DNA of 50,753 nt, the filler included, from Catajapyx aquilonaris (taxonomy: Eukaryota): NCBI GenBank assembly GCA_000934665.2. It is 3 parts of 3 records of this genome, joined end to end, with 100 filler letters (N's around TTAATTAATTAA, not from the genome) between each part and the next. Parts side by side here need not be neighbours in the genome. Positions count along the whole stretch, not along the records: positions 34,205 to 50,753 come from JYFJ02007173.1; 2 more parts are not named here. The stretch is one strand, 5' to 3'. A program made the position numbers and the translations under genes. Position 1 is the stretch's first letter. Every line of letters starts with the position of its first letter. The notes below the pieces were generated by a model that saw only the letters and a program-made list of their open reading frames with translations, was not told the DNA's origin and made no database searches. This document shows, one piece after another, positions 36,242-47,990 of the stretch.

Positions 36242-36972
36242 CAAGATGATTGAGAACAAACTGCACAGATTTTTAAACGCTATAACTCAAATGCTTATAA
36301 ACACATTTAAATTATTTCAGCTTTGAAATGCTATGAAAAGTCTCAAGGTTTGGTCTCACCTTAGTTTGTTTCCATATGCACTTCATTTGTCACTCAACAG
36401 TCTCGACAGAAAAAGACCGTTTATTTCCGTCTGGTGCCCATCCTGCTCAATCATATCAGGAGTTACCATTGCGATCCTATCCCGTAGGTGAGGGATATCT
36501 CGTATCATTACACCACACACATTGTTCTTGATGATTCAAATAAAAAAGTCGCCTCATCCATGACTTCAACCAGCCTTAGAAAAGTCTCATTTGTTCATCC
36601 TCCCAGTATGCAAAGGCTTCAATGAGAAGTTTCCCCATGCCTAGCCCCTCCAATAAAAGCCCAGATGTTACACCAATTAAACTTTTTTGTGGAGATACAT
36701 GTATAGTGAAAAGATCCGGCATCACCAGCACATACGGGATAAGATTGCAATGGTAACCCCAGACATGCCTGAGCTGGTTTGGCACGACACCGATTACTAT
36801 TATATTTACATTTGCTGAGCGACAAATGGAGTTCATATCGAAACAAAACATGGTGAGTCCAAAACTTTAGACAGTTATTCTTAGCATTTCAAAAGTTAAA
36901 TCATTTAGATATGGCTACAAGTTTTCGAGTTATAAGGTTTTTAAATACGTGCATTCATTTTCAATCACCCTG
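36242..36972 (-). mobile_element. Degenerate mariner (DD41D-like) element
   Basis: Imperfect TIRs ending TCACCCTG|TA; DEATF and LRDRI..VTPDM remnants. Confidence 0.55.
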
Positions 36973-37899
36973 TATAGCTGTTGTTATTTGTAAAATATCT
37001 TGTCTTTATCCAGAGTAAGTGCACATGAAAATCTAGGCGCTTTTGACCTAGCTGGTAGCGAAGGGGTTAAAATGCTTCTGGAATTTTGTTATTAATTTTT
37101 CAGATAATCCTTGATGATGGCCAATTTTTCAAGTCACATATTGTTCGCAAAAAATATAATTTAGTAAAATAAATGCTAGTTGCACAATGTGGCAACACTG
37201 CAAATGGGCTATTACACGATACAATCGTGTTTTAGTGCAGTTAAATTTTTAACAATATTATCTTCCTTGAACAGGCCATAATCAACTATTGTCGGAAAAA
37301 TTAATCTTAAAATTCCCGAGGATTTTTAGTGCCTGCTGTAGCCATATGAAGTTCAAAAAAATTACAAATTCCCGACTTTTGAGCCCAGGTTTTCACTACT
37401 CAGGGGACAGCTATTTAAAAATTGAAGATTAACCTTTTCAGCTAATATAATGAGGAACAACTTCCAATAAAAATGTTGCGGAGCACTGCAAAATCAATCC
37501 TGGAAGGGATCCTTATGCAATTTACGCCAAAGCCACAGCAATGGGACAGGTATTTCAGTTCACCCTGTACTGCCTGGTATTACATGGTGTGACATGGGAC
37601 ATACTTTCTAAGGTGAATGATGAGAAATTCCTTTGATAAGTCTTATGGGCTGAAACACCTGAATTATGGGGATGAATTACGATCGAAACACACCAGTGTC
37701 CACCAGTGCCATCAACCATGTAGCATTTGATGTGAGAATTGCGACATTGGAAGTAAAAAAAGAAAAAGTTCAGCAAAAACTATGCGGATTTCCTAGCATC
37801 CCATATGTAGGATGCCTTCTAAATTTTCCTTTGTAAACTTAGTTAAAATTTTACACAAAACAATTTTTTGTATCTTGTTTCCAGCATTCTAACGCATTA

Positions 37900-38225
37900 C
37901 AGGTGAGGTCTGGCACAGACAAGAGATGACCAAGTGGTGTTAATCCTTCATTGTGGATGAGAGGGATGGACTCACAGGGAAAGTGGCAGCCCAGTTTAAA
38001 AAAGAGATATTTGTAGAGGTCAATTACAAGCCAATTAGCAATTTTCCAACTGCTCTACATCTTATTGACCTCTGCAGATGCCTCCTATTGAACTCGGACA
38101 CCAATTCCATCTGTCTCCCCCATAATGAAGAATTAACATCACTCTGTCATCTTTTGTCAGTGCCATAGCTCACCTGTAATCAGAAAACAATACTGCCATT
38201 GGGTCCAGACTCTATGGCCACCCTG
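37900..38225 (-). mobile_element. Mariner 5' fragment (MALTKDDRVMLILHYGE...)
   Basis: TA|CAGGGTGGCC terminus; ATG at 38166 with an N-terminus resembling DD41D-type HTH starts; left boundary approximate. Confidence 0.45.
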
Positions 38226-38509
38226 TAGATTGAGACATCATTACCCTGGCCGAATCTCTCTCTTATGTAAGCAAAAATTTTGTTTGTCAAACAATTCCAA
38301 TACACTTCCAAACTAAACAGCTAGAATAGGGGACCTGACCCTTGGAGTGGCTGTGGATTAATAATATCGCCAGGATTAAGTGAGAAAAAACTGCCACTGG
38401 AAAATATTTCGTATAAGTTTCCCCAGTAGTGTCATCCATCTGACACTCATCCCCAAGAGTCACTCCTCCTTCTGACTTCTCAGCAGCTGTTATTTGTCTA
38501 GGTAATCAC

Positions 38510-38659
38510 CTGCAGTAGCTGCTGTTGTTGTTGTTGGTGCTGCTGCTGCTGCAGCTGCTGCATCTGAGCAGCATAGAAGTGGGGGTGGGGCCCCCACCAG
38601 AGACCCGGCGGCAGATTTAGTGGTATGAGCTGCTGCCGCCGCCGGGAACTCCTGACCAT
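38510..38659 (-). CDS. Putative first coding exon, Gln-rich (MVRSSRRRQQLIPLNLPPGLWWGPHPHFYAAQMQQLQQQQHQQQQQQLLQ)
   Basis: ATG just after a pyrimidine-rich acceptor; CAG|GTGATT donor, phase 0, in frame with 35115-35252. Confidence 0.5.
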
Positions 38660-39178
38660 CTTGAAATTCTAAGGGGGAAAGAAATATTTCCATGAATGAG
38701 GCAAACATTGCTTGCAGTTGTTGTTTCTGAAGAGGAACAAGGCTGTCCACGCCTGGATTATTCCCTCTTCAAACACAAGTGGACTTGGGACCCATTGCAC
38801 CAACCCAGATATATGCATCAGTCGTATAAAAGTGAGGAAGATGCGAGATTTTATGAATCCAAACAGATAGTTATACCCCTACTCGTAGAATGACTGTGAC
38901 TAACATGATCACTGGTCAGTTAAATCAGAGATGGGTAGGCTATAATTTCCATTCAGTTCCACTAAGGTCTTGGTAGTTGCAGCTGATTCAATTATTCTAT
39001 TCAATTCAACTTCAATTCGTTGCCATTACTACTGTACCATTCCCTTTCTGTTATTTTATTCAACTCTAATTCGTTCCTGATCAATTCAAGTGCATTCATT
39101 TAACTTCTACCTTTAATTTCCCCTTCACTACTAGCCACTTGCAATTAATTACTTTCAGCCTGAATTCATTACTGTTCA

Positions 39179-39180
39179 CT

Positions 39181-39232
<52 letters not shown>

Positions 39233-39570
39233 GGTTTAGTGCACCGCCCATGGGCATCTGGCACAGTACCTTTATTTGCTTTGAAGTACAAGCTAGTACA
39301 GGTTGGTCCTTTTACCGTAACGCCCAGGTACCGCGTGCATTAGGGAGGTTGACAGGAGGGGATGTGCAAGGTGCAGTGCAGTACAGTTGCTGAGGTCATT
39401 TTGTGAGCTACCCCGGGTGGTTTAGTCTATCCGGAAATACCACCCGAGACGAAGTCAGAGATGGCCCTAAACTATGAAAGAGATTTGGGGGGGTGTCCTC
39501 GTACAGGATTTGATCCCGGGACCTTAACATCCATGGGCGCATATGTTACTGCAGTACTACATCCCCTCCC
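39179..39570 (-). mobile_element. Diverged SINE family B copy with a different 3' tail and (ATT)n
   Basis: Family-B core; TSD tcattactgttca at 39166-39178 and 39571-39583. Confidence 0.8.
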
Positions 39571-39895
39571 TCATTACTGTTCAATTCAATTAAGCATTCA
39601 GTTCAATTTACCATTAGGTTCAGTTGGGCTTTTATTTGTATCAATTATTTAATTCCCATTTGTCAATTTTATTCATTTACGTTCCCTTCACCTGAGATCC
39701 ATTGATTATTATCCGTGTGCAATCAATAACAGTTACCTAGTTTAAATGTGGAACGTATATTCCATTCATTGAATATCCTTTAGTACCTTACATTTAATTC
39801 TGTGCACAATATGTCATTATCATGCATTATTATTCCATGCCAAGTACTTATCTACAAAAAGTTTCTTATTAGGCACTCCAATAACATTGATTAAC

Positions 39896-40230
39896 GGGGA
39901 GACGGAGTGGCGCCGCGGTAACGCGCGCGCCCATGGAAGTTAAGGTCCCGGGTTCAATCCCCACCCGGGGTTCCCACCTTCTTTCGTGCAGAGTTGGGCC
40001 ATCTCTGGCTTCGTTTCGGGTGGCAATTTCCGGCAGACTAAGCCACCCGGGGGAGTTCACAAAATGACGATGAGAGACATTGCACTTGCACTTTGCACAT
40101 CCCCTCCCACCCACCCTTGGAGCATACTAATTAAGATTCTTCTTAAACTCGCTCCAAAAACAATTCCAAAGGTGGCAACCCACCCCCCCTAAGGNGTAGT
40201 ATAACTCCCCCCGTGGGGTAATGAAAAAGA
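39896..40230 (+). mobile_element. SINE family B, full length
   Basis: A box TGGCGCCGCGG, B box GGTTCAATCC; 13-bp TSD aacattgattaac at 39883-39895 and 40231-40243. Confidence 0.9.
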
Positions 40231-40491
40231 AACATTGATTAACTATTGCAAACATTTTGCAATGATAAATGTTGGCTGGTTATCTGTCACCTGTAGGCCC
40301 GGTTGAACAACTAATCAATAATCTACTACAGAGGATTTATCACTTATTCATCGTTGTGATCAATTCGATAAGCCAAAAAAATGTACCGTTAAAGACATTG
40401 CACTTGGACTTGCACATCCCCTCCCAGAGTCCCAGTTACCCTTCCCTCGCTCACGGTACCCAGGCGTTACAGAAACGGAGCGAAAAGCTTG

Positions 40492-40621
40492 ATTGATTGA
40501 TTGATTGAAGGTTTAATGGCGCAACAGCAGCAATGGCTATACTGCGCCAAGCACCTGTGACGTTGGAGGGGAGGGCAGGCAATACCACCCCGACCCCAAC
40601 GTTAACTGAACAAAAGGTTTT
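40492..40621 (-). mobile_element. 5'-truncated LINE 3' end with (CAAT)n tail
   Basis: ggcgcag..tgcgcc hairpin, ATTAAA and (CAAT)n; flanking direct repeat aagcttg. Confidence 0.55.
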
Positions 40622-42371
40622 AAGCTTGCACACCTTAAAAAGCAATAAAGGTACTGTGCCAGCTGCCCATTAAAAAATGGGCGGTACACTAACCCAATTA
40701 TAATAATTAGGCAAATGGCAGAAACTAATGTCCATTGTCGCCCTCAATTAAGTCTGAAAGTGTATCTCACAAACGCCATTTTTATGCCAAGATACGTGTC
40801 ATTCCACTCCGAGCTTGAAGGGCATCAAAATTTATGTCACCAATTTTATACTCCAAATGAAAATTGCCTAATTCTTCAATATTGAGACATTCAATTTAGA
40901 AAAAATTGCTAATCAATACAAGGACCACGGTTCACTTTCCCGGTTCCCAATAATTTTGCATCATCATCATACATCATGGCCTATTCCCAAAAAATGTCAG
41001 ATGATAACAATAATTTCATAATAATTCAATGCTAAATTCTGTAAAAAGCAGCCTAATCGACCAAAATCAGTTACGGTAATTAATTTGAACCAATGAGCCA
41101 CATATCATCATCATTGCGAATTTGAATTTTACATTGCCAACCTTCCTAATAATATAAAAAGTAAGTGCGATGTTGTCCATTTGAGAAAATAACTTGCATT
41201 TGCTGAAGATCACTCAAATTGCAATGTTTGGCCTACAAAATTCGATATAAAAATTTAATTTCTTCTCTAATTATGATGCAATAAGCACTTTTGCCAAAAC
41301 ATTTGCAACAATCTGCAACTCAGCTGTGTGTGTCACTAGTAATCAAATCAAACTTGTGCTTTTCCGGCATATTGACACGATTAATTTCAATTAACCAATC
41401 TATAAAAATTACATACATCTCACTTACTTAGTGGCTGAAATTTTTCAAGTAATTGACTGGAGCAAAATATTTGTTAAATCAGCATAAATGTGAAGGCTGC
41501 AAATTTTTAGTTGGTATCACAATCATATATGGTGACCATAATGAATTTTTAACAGCCAGGCAGCCATCTTGGATGACTACACATATTTGGGACAATTTCA
41601 ATAAAAATGTATAATTCAAAATTTGGCCAAAGCTAATTTCCACCGGTCGCCTCAATTAAAATATGCACATTCCAATAATTGGAACCCCACCAATTTGCAA
41701 CGGTCATTTCGCGCCCATGTTCAATCCCAATCTAAAGTTGGCAATATTTTTTTTTTTTTTTTTGCAAATGTTAATGGCCGCCAATATGAATCAATCAGTC
41801 CTACATAAATTTGCTGACATAATGCCGATCATTTAGTGGCAATTACCACGCTCCCAATTATATAGTGCTGTCAATTTGCAAATATTGATGCGAATCAGTT
41901 GCAAATTGCAGTATCACTGCCCACAAAATATTGCGAAAAACACTACAATAATTATTTATTGTACTACTTACGGTTCACTGGTTCACGGTTCACTGGTTGT
42001 TGCTGGCTGCTGAAAATTTTTTTGAAAAAAAAAAGCAAATTTTAAATTTAAAAAAATTCACGGTAGCCTATATATAGCAGAGCAGGATTGTATGAGTCAC
42101 TACCTTGGCCAGCAGCAATCACCAAGTGAATTAGTGAAGAGACGGCCCGGGAAGTGATCGAAAAAAGGGGGGGGGGGGGGGGGGGGNCGATTGGTTGTTT
42201 CAAAATCACATGACTTTTTATTGTTTTTTGGCGCCAATTTTCTGATCGGCTAGTTTCTCCTGGTCATCTGCCATGTTCATTTTTTTTTTAAGTGAAAAGA
42301 TGCAATTATTATTTTTAAATATATCGAAGCAGTTTTGGGCTTAACGCACTGAACATGAGCAAGGTCGTAAC

Positions 42372-42482
42372 CAGGGATGGAAAAAGTACCGCTTCCTTCC
42401 AAGAAGCGCTTCTTTTTTCCATGTGCAGGGATAGAAAAAGAACCGCTTACCGCCCAAAGAAGCGGTTCTTTTTCCATCCCTG
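42372..42482. mobile_element. 111-bp hAT (Ac-like) MITE
   Basis: CAGGGATGGAAAAAG TIR and a perfect 8-bp TSD GTCGTAAC. Confidence 0.9.
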
Positions 42483-42856
42483 GTCGTAACGCTTATTCTT
42501 CAGGTGAACGAGGCACCTGCAGGGATTGTTAACATTCATTAGTGACACTAACGCAGCAATTGCACTTGAAGCAGGTTTTGTAGTGTCAACAATGCGATCA
42601 CTACCACCTCCACATAAAATCATCGCACTATGTCAATCCACAAGCGAGCGCAAATTATTCAGCATGCAAAAATTGGCAATTTTTTTTTCCCCACACAAAC
42701 CCGCAATAGATTGTAAGAAATGGGCATAATGTGACAGCTAGAGTCACATTTAGCTTGTACGCTCGAGCCGTAATTTCAAGGCCGGTGGATTTCGCACTAT
42801 TTGGACAGCTACTTGTCCCTTTCGCACTGCGAGCGGCAAGGTATTGTTTTCGCTTA

Positions 42857-42978
42857 GGCCGGGTTGCACCAGCTCCTGGGAAATTTGTCTGGACGAAAAA
42901 GAGCCAGGATAGTTCGTTATTCAGTGTTGAGAGTGTTGTCGGCCAGACTAATTTTCCAGGAGCCGGTGCAACCCGGCC
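42857..42978. mobile_element. PIF/Harbinger MITE
   Basis: TTA|GGCCGGGTTGCACC...GGTGCAACCCGGCC|TTA. Confidence 0.85.
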
Positions 42979-45361
42979 TTATAGTGTGATAATGCCCCCA
43001 AAAAAACTCACTTGCCGTGACTGTCGCATCCAAGCGATGTTTGTACATGCCCGTCTCAACAGTGGCCACTGTCCATCTGAACAGGAACCACCTCAGTTCA
43101 GCCGCACGAACTCACCAAAATCTCTTTGCTCGGATTACCTGGGGGAAAAAACCGCAATTCGTTCACATTACCGAAAGTGTTCCGTGACAGTATTATCTTG
43201 AATATATAAAAGATAAAGTTTGTTGGTATGACCAGTTTCCCTTACCGTCTACTGCCCGTAGCAACTGAGTTACTATGGCAATGGTGTGCCCATTGGCAAC
43301 AGGATTCTTCGATTCCCATATGCGAAGAACGGGTAAACTACTAGGTGTATTATATATTAAGCAGCGTTTACATGTTTGCGATTAGAGGAGCGAAGTCTTC
43401 GCCGAGCGATAACGTCGCTGAGGGAAGACGCCGCTCGTCAAATCACTCGCATGTCACGCTGCTTTATACTAGCTGCAGGGCGTGTTCATTACACGGTCTG
43501 TGCAACTAGTTGCCATGGACACCTGTTACAATGCACACCTGTTGCCATGGTGAACTTGTACAAACAAACCAACAAACTTTGCCTTTTATACATGCAGATT
43601 ATTATTTCAGCCTGCTCACACCTTGTGCTGCTGACTCGGGTGGTCCAGGAAGAAGCGAGTCCAGCTGACCTTTGACCTGTCCGGAGAGAGGTTAGAGCAA
43701 GAAAATATGCAGTAGAACTTGAACGTGAACTTCCTGCAATCGACGCATTGGAGCTTGTCGATGCACCTCACCATGCAATGGCAGCGTAAATGATGAGTAC
43801 GACAAGTATGGCTTCCAGGCATGTACCGTGTAATGACTGTCCCTCTTCTTGCAGTCTTCGTACTCTCTGTGCATCTCCTGGCGATGCACGTGTTTGTAGT
43901 TTGTCGTGAAACGCATCGTGCAGATGTTACGAGCGTGCGGATTGATTCCACCGCAGCCCAGCTCCGGAGCCAAGGGCCTTCCCATACCCCAGTACAGCTT
44001 GGCACAGGTGCGTACATGCTTCCTAGACTCGACGCTCAAATCCATCAGATTGCATAGGTCGCATCGTACACAGCCGTTGATGATACTTCAAACACGCTCG
44101 TCAGACCTTGAATAAAAATTAGCGTGCAATTGTATTTACAATTATATTCACACATAACTTTTGTGCATGCCGGTTTCGAACATTTTGTGCCTACTTTCAT
44201 TCATACATAATCAACTTTCTAATGAAGTTCTAATGAAGTTGGAGCTTATTTTTATGGGGGCAAAAAGTATGGCCAATCTTTACCTCACCCCAATTTCATC
44301 AATCGAGGTGGAATTTGGGCAAAGAAATAAGTCTGAAAAGTTCTCTCTGAAGAAAAATCTTTGTATGGAACATTTCCCTGATGTCCACTGTCCAGTCAAG
44401 ACTACTCGAACACGCGCCACACTGACAAAGAACTGTAATAGGTCTTTAATTTACATTAATTTTTTTTAAATAATTTTTTTGAAAAATTAATTGTGTTTCA
44501 ATTCCATGCACTGGATGTAGTCTTTGAAACTATCAAGAGTGGCAATGGGAGTTTGAATATTTCATTATTTTGAGACTTGGCAACTATGTGCTATGACCTA
44601 AGAATGTAAGAATGCAAGCCTTATTTTTGTAACAATTTGTGACTCAAAAAATGTGCGTGTGTTGACCAAAAATTGCAGTGGATGTCATTACAAGTAATTA
44701 TAAAAGCTATTTATAGCATGTTCAGAACTGATTATTACAAATCTGTTTCGCAATGGTTTTTCTATAGTTATTTCATGAACAAAATTGGATAAATAATTGA
44801 TGCTGTGAAACAGATTATTGTACACTGATTTACATTCACACTGTACTATATACTTGTGGGAAATACCTTTTAGTAGTGTTGCATGTGTCATCGACAGAAT
44901 AATATTAATAAGTGCCCTCAACAGTATTTTTGGCTTCAATTTTCAAGTGTTCAACTCAGTTCAGATGCAATGTTGCAATAAGCTGCAGTTCGGGGAGGAA
45001 TTAATGCACATTAATTATTCTTTTGCAGAGATTTTATTAGAGCCCATCATTTTCACATTAAGTGCTGTCAGGTGCTGTGTATAAATTGCCAAATTTATTA
45101 AATGGTACCTTTGGAAAGGCTGTAATAGACAGATTAGTAGGAGGAAGTACAGCGCATTTTAAAATAGCAATCAATGTTTAAAAAGGAGCTGATATTACCT
45201 CTTTTTAAAAATAAAAGAGACAAAGAGAGAAAGAGAGAGAAAGAGCTGCTTATGAAAAAAGCAGTTAATGCCATCGGTCTGGAGGTGCGTTCAGATATGG
45301 GCTTATGGAACGCCAGCAGCGCCTCCAGTGGTCATTAGCAAGTATCTGAACGCACCCACGA

Positions 45362-45382
45362 ATAATCCAACATGGCCGCCTT
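45362..45382 (+). promoter_or_regulatory. Conserved AACATGGC (YY1/Pho-like) motif upstream of both paralogues (also ~48670-48690)
   Basis: tccaacatggc(c)gcctt lies ~95 nt upstream of both ATGs within an alignable upstream block. Confidence 0.45.
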
Positions 45383-45465
45383 TCCACAGTGAATTTTCTC
45401 GAGATTTCTTCTTTTAAAAAGGTCTGGGCTTCGATTTCTATTGTTGTTGGGTTCAACTCCGGCTG

Positions 45466-47509
45466 ATGGAGGGGAGAGGACTGTTAGGAGGAGGAGGAGG
45501 ACTGGAGGAGATGATGAGGAGGGTGATGGAAGAGGTGGTTGGCTGCAGAGAAGTGTTGGACAGACTGGAAGGAAGGATGGGGATGGTCGAAGGGAGTCTG
45601 AAGAGGGTTGAGATGAAGATTGATGCCATGGAGGAGAATATCGGGGTCAACAAGGGAGATGGAGAAGGATGGGGAGGTTTGTTCGTTGGATAATAATAAT
45701 AATTGCATGTAATAATTAATGAACTGGCATTCATTTCAGGTGAAGCAGCACGTGAGCCGTCAAGTACTGACATTGTGAAGGAAGAAATTCAATCAGAAGA
45801 ATGGCAACTGCTGGACCCGTTGGCATCAGAATGTGGCGAAAATGACATTCGACACGACACGGAGAAAGTTAGTGTCAAAAAGTACGCAAAGTAATTTAAA
45901 CAGGTTTTTGCTAGTAGAGTCATGTTATTATTTCAGAATGAAGGGATGGAAGATGAATATTCCAACACCGCTGGATGCACAGGGGAAGCTGCCGACAGTC
46001 AGTGGAATGAGATTTGATGGAGACTGATTGCATTATTGACATTTCATGTTTTCCAACAGTTTGGGGTGGTGGTTTTCATGCTGAAGTTAAGGAAGAGACA
46101 CTGGATGAAGAACTATGTGATTTGGAGGCTATGCAGGGCAACACATCAGACGTGAGGCCATCTCTCCCAATGACAACCATCGTTCGTGCAGACAAAGAAG
46201 ACAAACACTTTGAGACGCAGGTAGATTGCGTGACTCTGAGCATGCCAAGATATTGTCATTATTTTTTCCCATTCGTCTGCCTACTTAGTCGCATGTAAGC
46301 CTTTCCTACACCCAATTGAACCCCAGGCTTGGGTCAGTTGGGGGGGACAAAATGGCTTCATTGTTTCATATTTGTCACAGGGAGAAGAAATGTGATCGAA
46401 TCTGCAATATCTCGTTATTTTGCATGATATGAATTGTTTTGGAAATTCACATCAGTATCTGAATTATTCCAAACATATTCCTTTCCATATATCACCGGAC
46501 AAATCATTCGTATTTGATACAATGACATAAAATGAATACATTTCAAGCAAAAATGATTAGTGATTTTGACAATTTTGTGCTGCTATTTTAATATCCTAGG
46601 AGTACTGGAAATTAGGCATTTTGGATGCTGGGGATCAAAATGGCGAGAATAAACATCTTGAAGATTTAATAACAAGTGCAGAAGTAGCTCCACTAAATGA
46701 CATAAGTGAATTGATAAACTCATTCAATTGTCAGCGGCTCATTGGACAAATGGTTCAATCTGTTCATTACTTGTACAGCTGAAGACTGCATGAGCTGGAT
46801 ATTTCATTGATTTGTTTATTATCACGTCACGTAGGAGCATCTTCTGCAGAAGAACGAGGATGGTATGGGCCCCAACCAGTGTAAGGTGTGCTGGAAGACG
46901 GTCTTCTCACAAAGGGAGCTGCATGATTGTGTCGAGTTTCATGAGTCGGCTGCGAATAACACAAAGGAGAAGGCAAATCATCACAGAAGCAAGACAAGTG
47001 GAGGGGGAAATTGTGGGAAGAGGAAAGCGAACAAACTGCAAGATGAGAAAGAGCGATCAGGTAATGAGGAGATGGTTGGCAGAGAGAGGATGAAAGAGAT
47101 GGAAAAGACACTCAAAACTAAAGGTGGTCGGTATCAGTGCAAATTTTGTTCTTATGAGGCTCGACAAAAGCATCACTTGGCCAATCATTTGAATACGCAT
47201 ACTGGAGAGAAGCGATATGCTTGCAGTCATTGCGATAGGAGATTTGCTAACAAGAGTCACATGGAAGGCCATGTCAATTCAGTTCATCTTGGCAAGAAAC
47301 CATATCAATGTAAAATTTGCTCCCAGAAATTTTCTGAAAGTGGTAAATTGAAAAGTCATGTAAATGGTGTCCACCTGAATTTGAAATTGCATTCATGTGA
47401 CTTGTGCGGTGAAACATTTGCAAGTCCATTTAACGTGCGGCGCCACAAGGGCCGAGTGCACAAGACGAGTGCGCCTTCCGGAAGCTCTTCACGTGGAGAG
47501 ATAATTTAG
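45466..47509 (+). CDS. C2H2 zinc-finger protein, 411 aa; exons 45466-45676, 45740-45867, 45937-45997, 46060-46220, 46835-47509
   Basis: All GT-AG introns are phase-consistent (1,0,1,0). N-terminal helical/coiled-coil-like segment, VKEE motifs, one atypical finger, then four tandem C2H2 fingers with TGEKR/LGKKP linkers. Confidence 0.88.
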
Positions 47510-47944
47510 CAAAGCAAGCAAGACTATCTCAGAAGACACATGGCACTAGATAATGTAGGTTACAGAGTAGTGTGTAACTTATACTTATTTCTATCGGATA
47601 CAAGAACAAATTGGAGCTGCAATCTTTAGAGCAGGACTTATTTTCCAGATTAATTATTACACTTTCACTGTGAACGGCACTTTTCAGGTGCACTCGTTAT
47701 ATTTTTCACTTTGTTTGAGACTGTAAATCACCCTTAGCCTTGGTGTAAATGATATCGAATAATCTAAAAATCTCTTTTTTTTTCCTGCCTTCAACGCCTT
47801 CAGTAATTATTGCCTGTTCAGGACAAAATAAAACGACCAAATGCCCCATAGCCTCTGGTCATTTCTGCATTCCCATTATTTTGAACGAGAATTTTTCCTC
47901 AAAAAATAAGGTGTCATCGACCACTGAAAGGGGTTCATAAATAG

Positions 47945-47990
47945 GAATAACAACAATAATAATAACAATAATAATAATAATAATAATAAT
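47945..47990 (+). repeat. (AAT/AAC)n microsatellite
   Basis: Seen directly. Confidence 0.9.
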
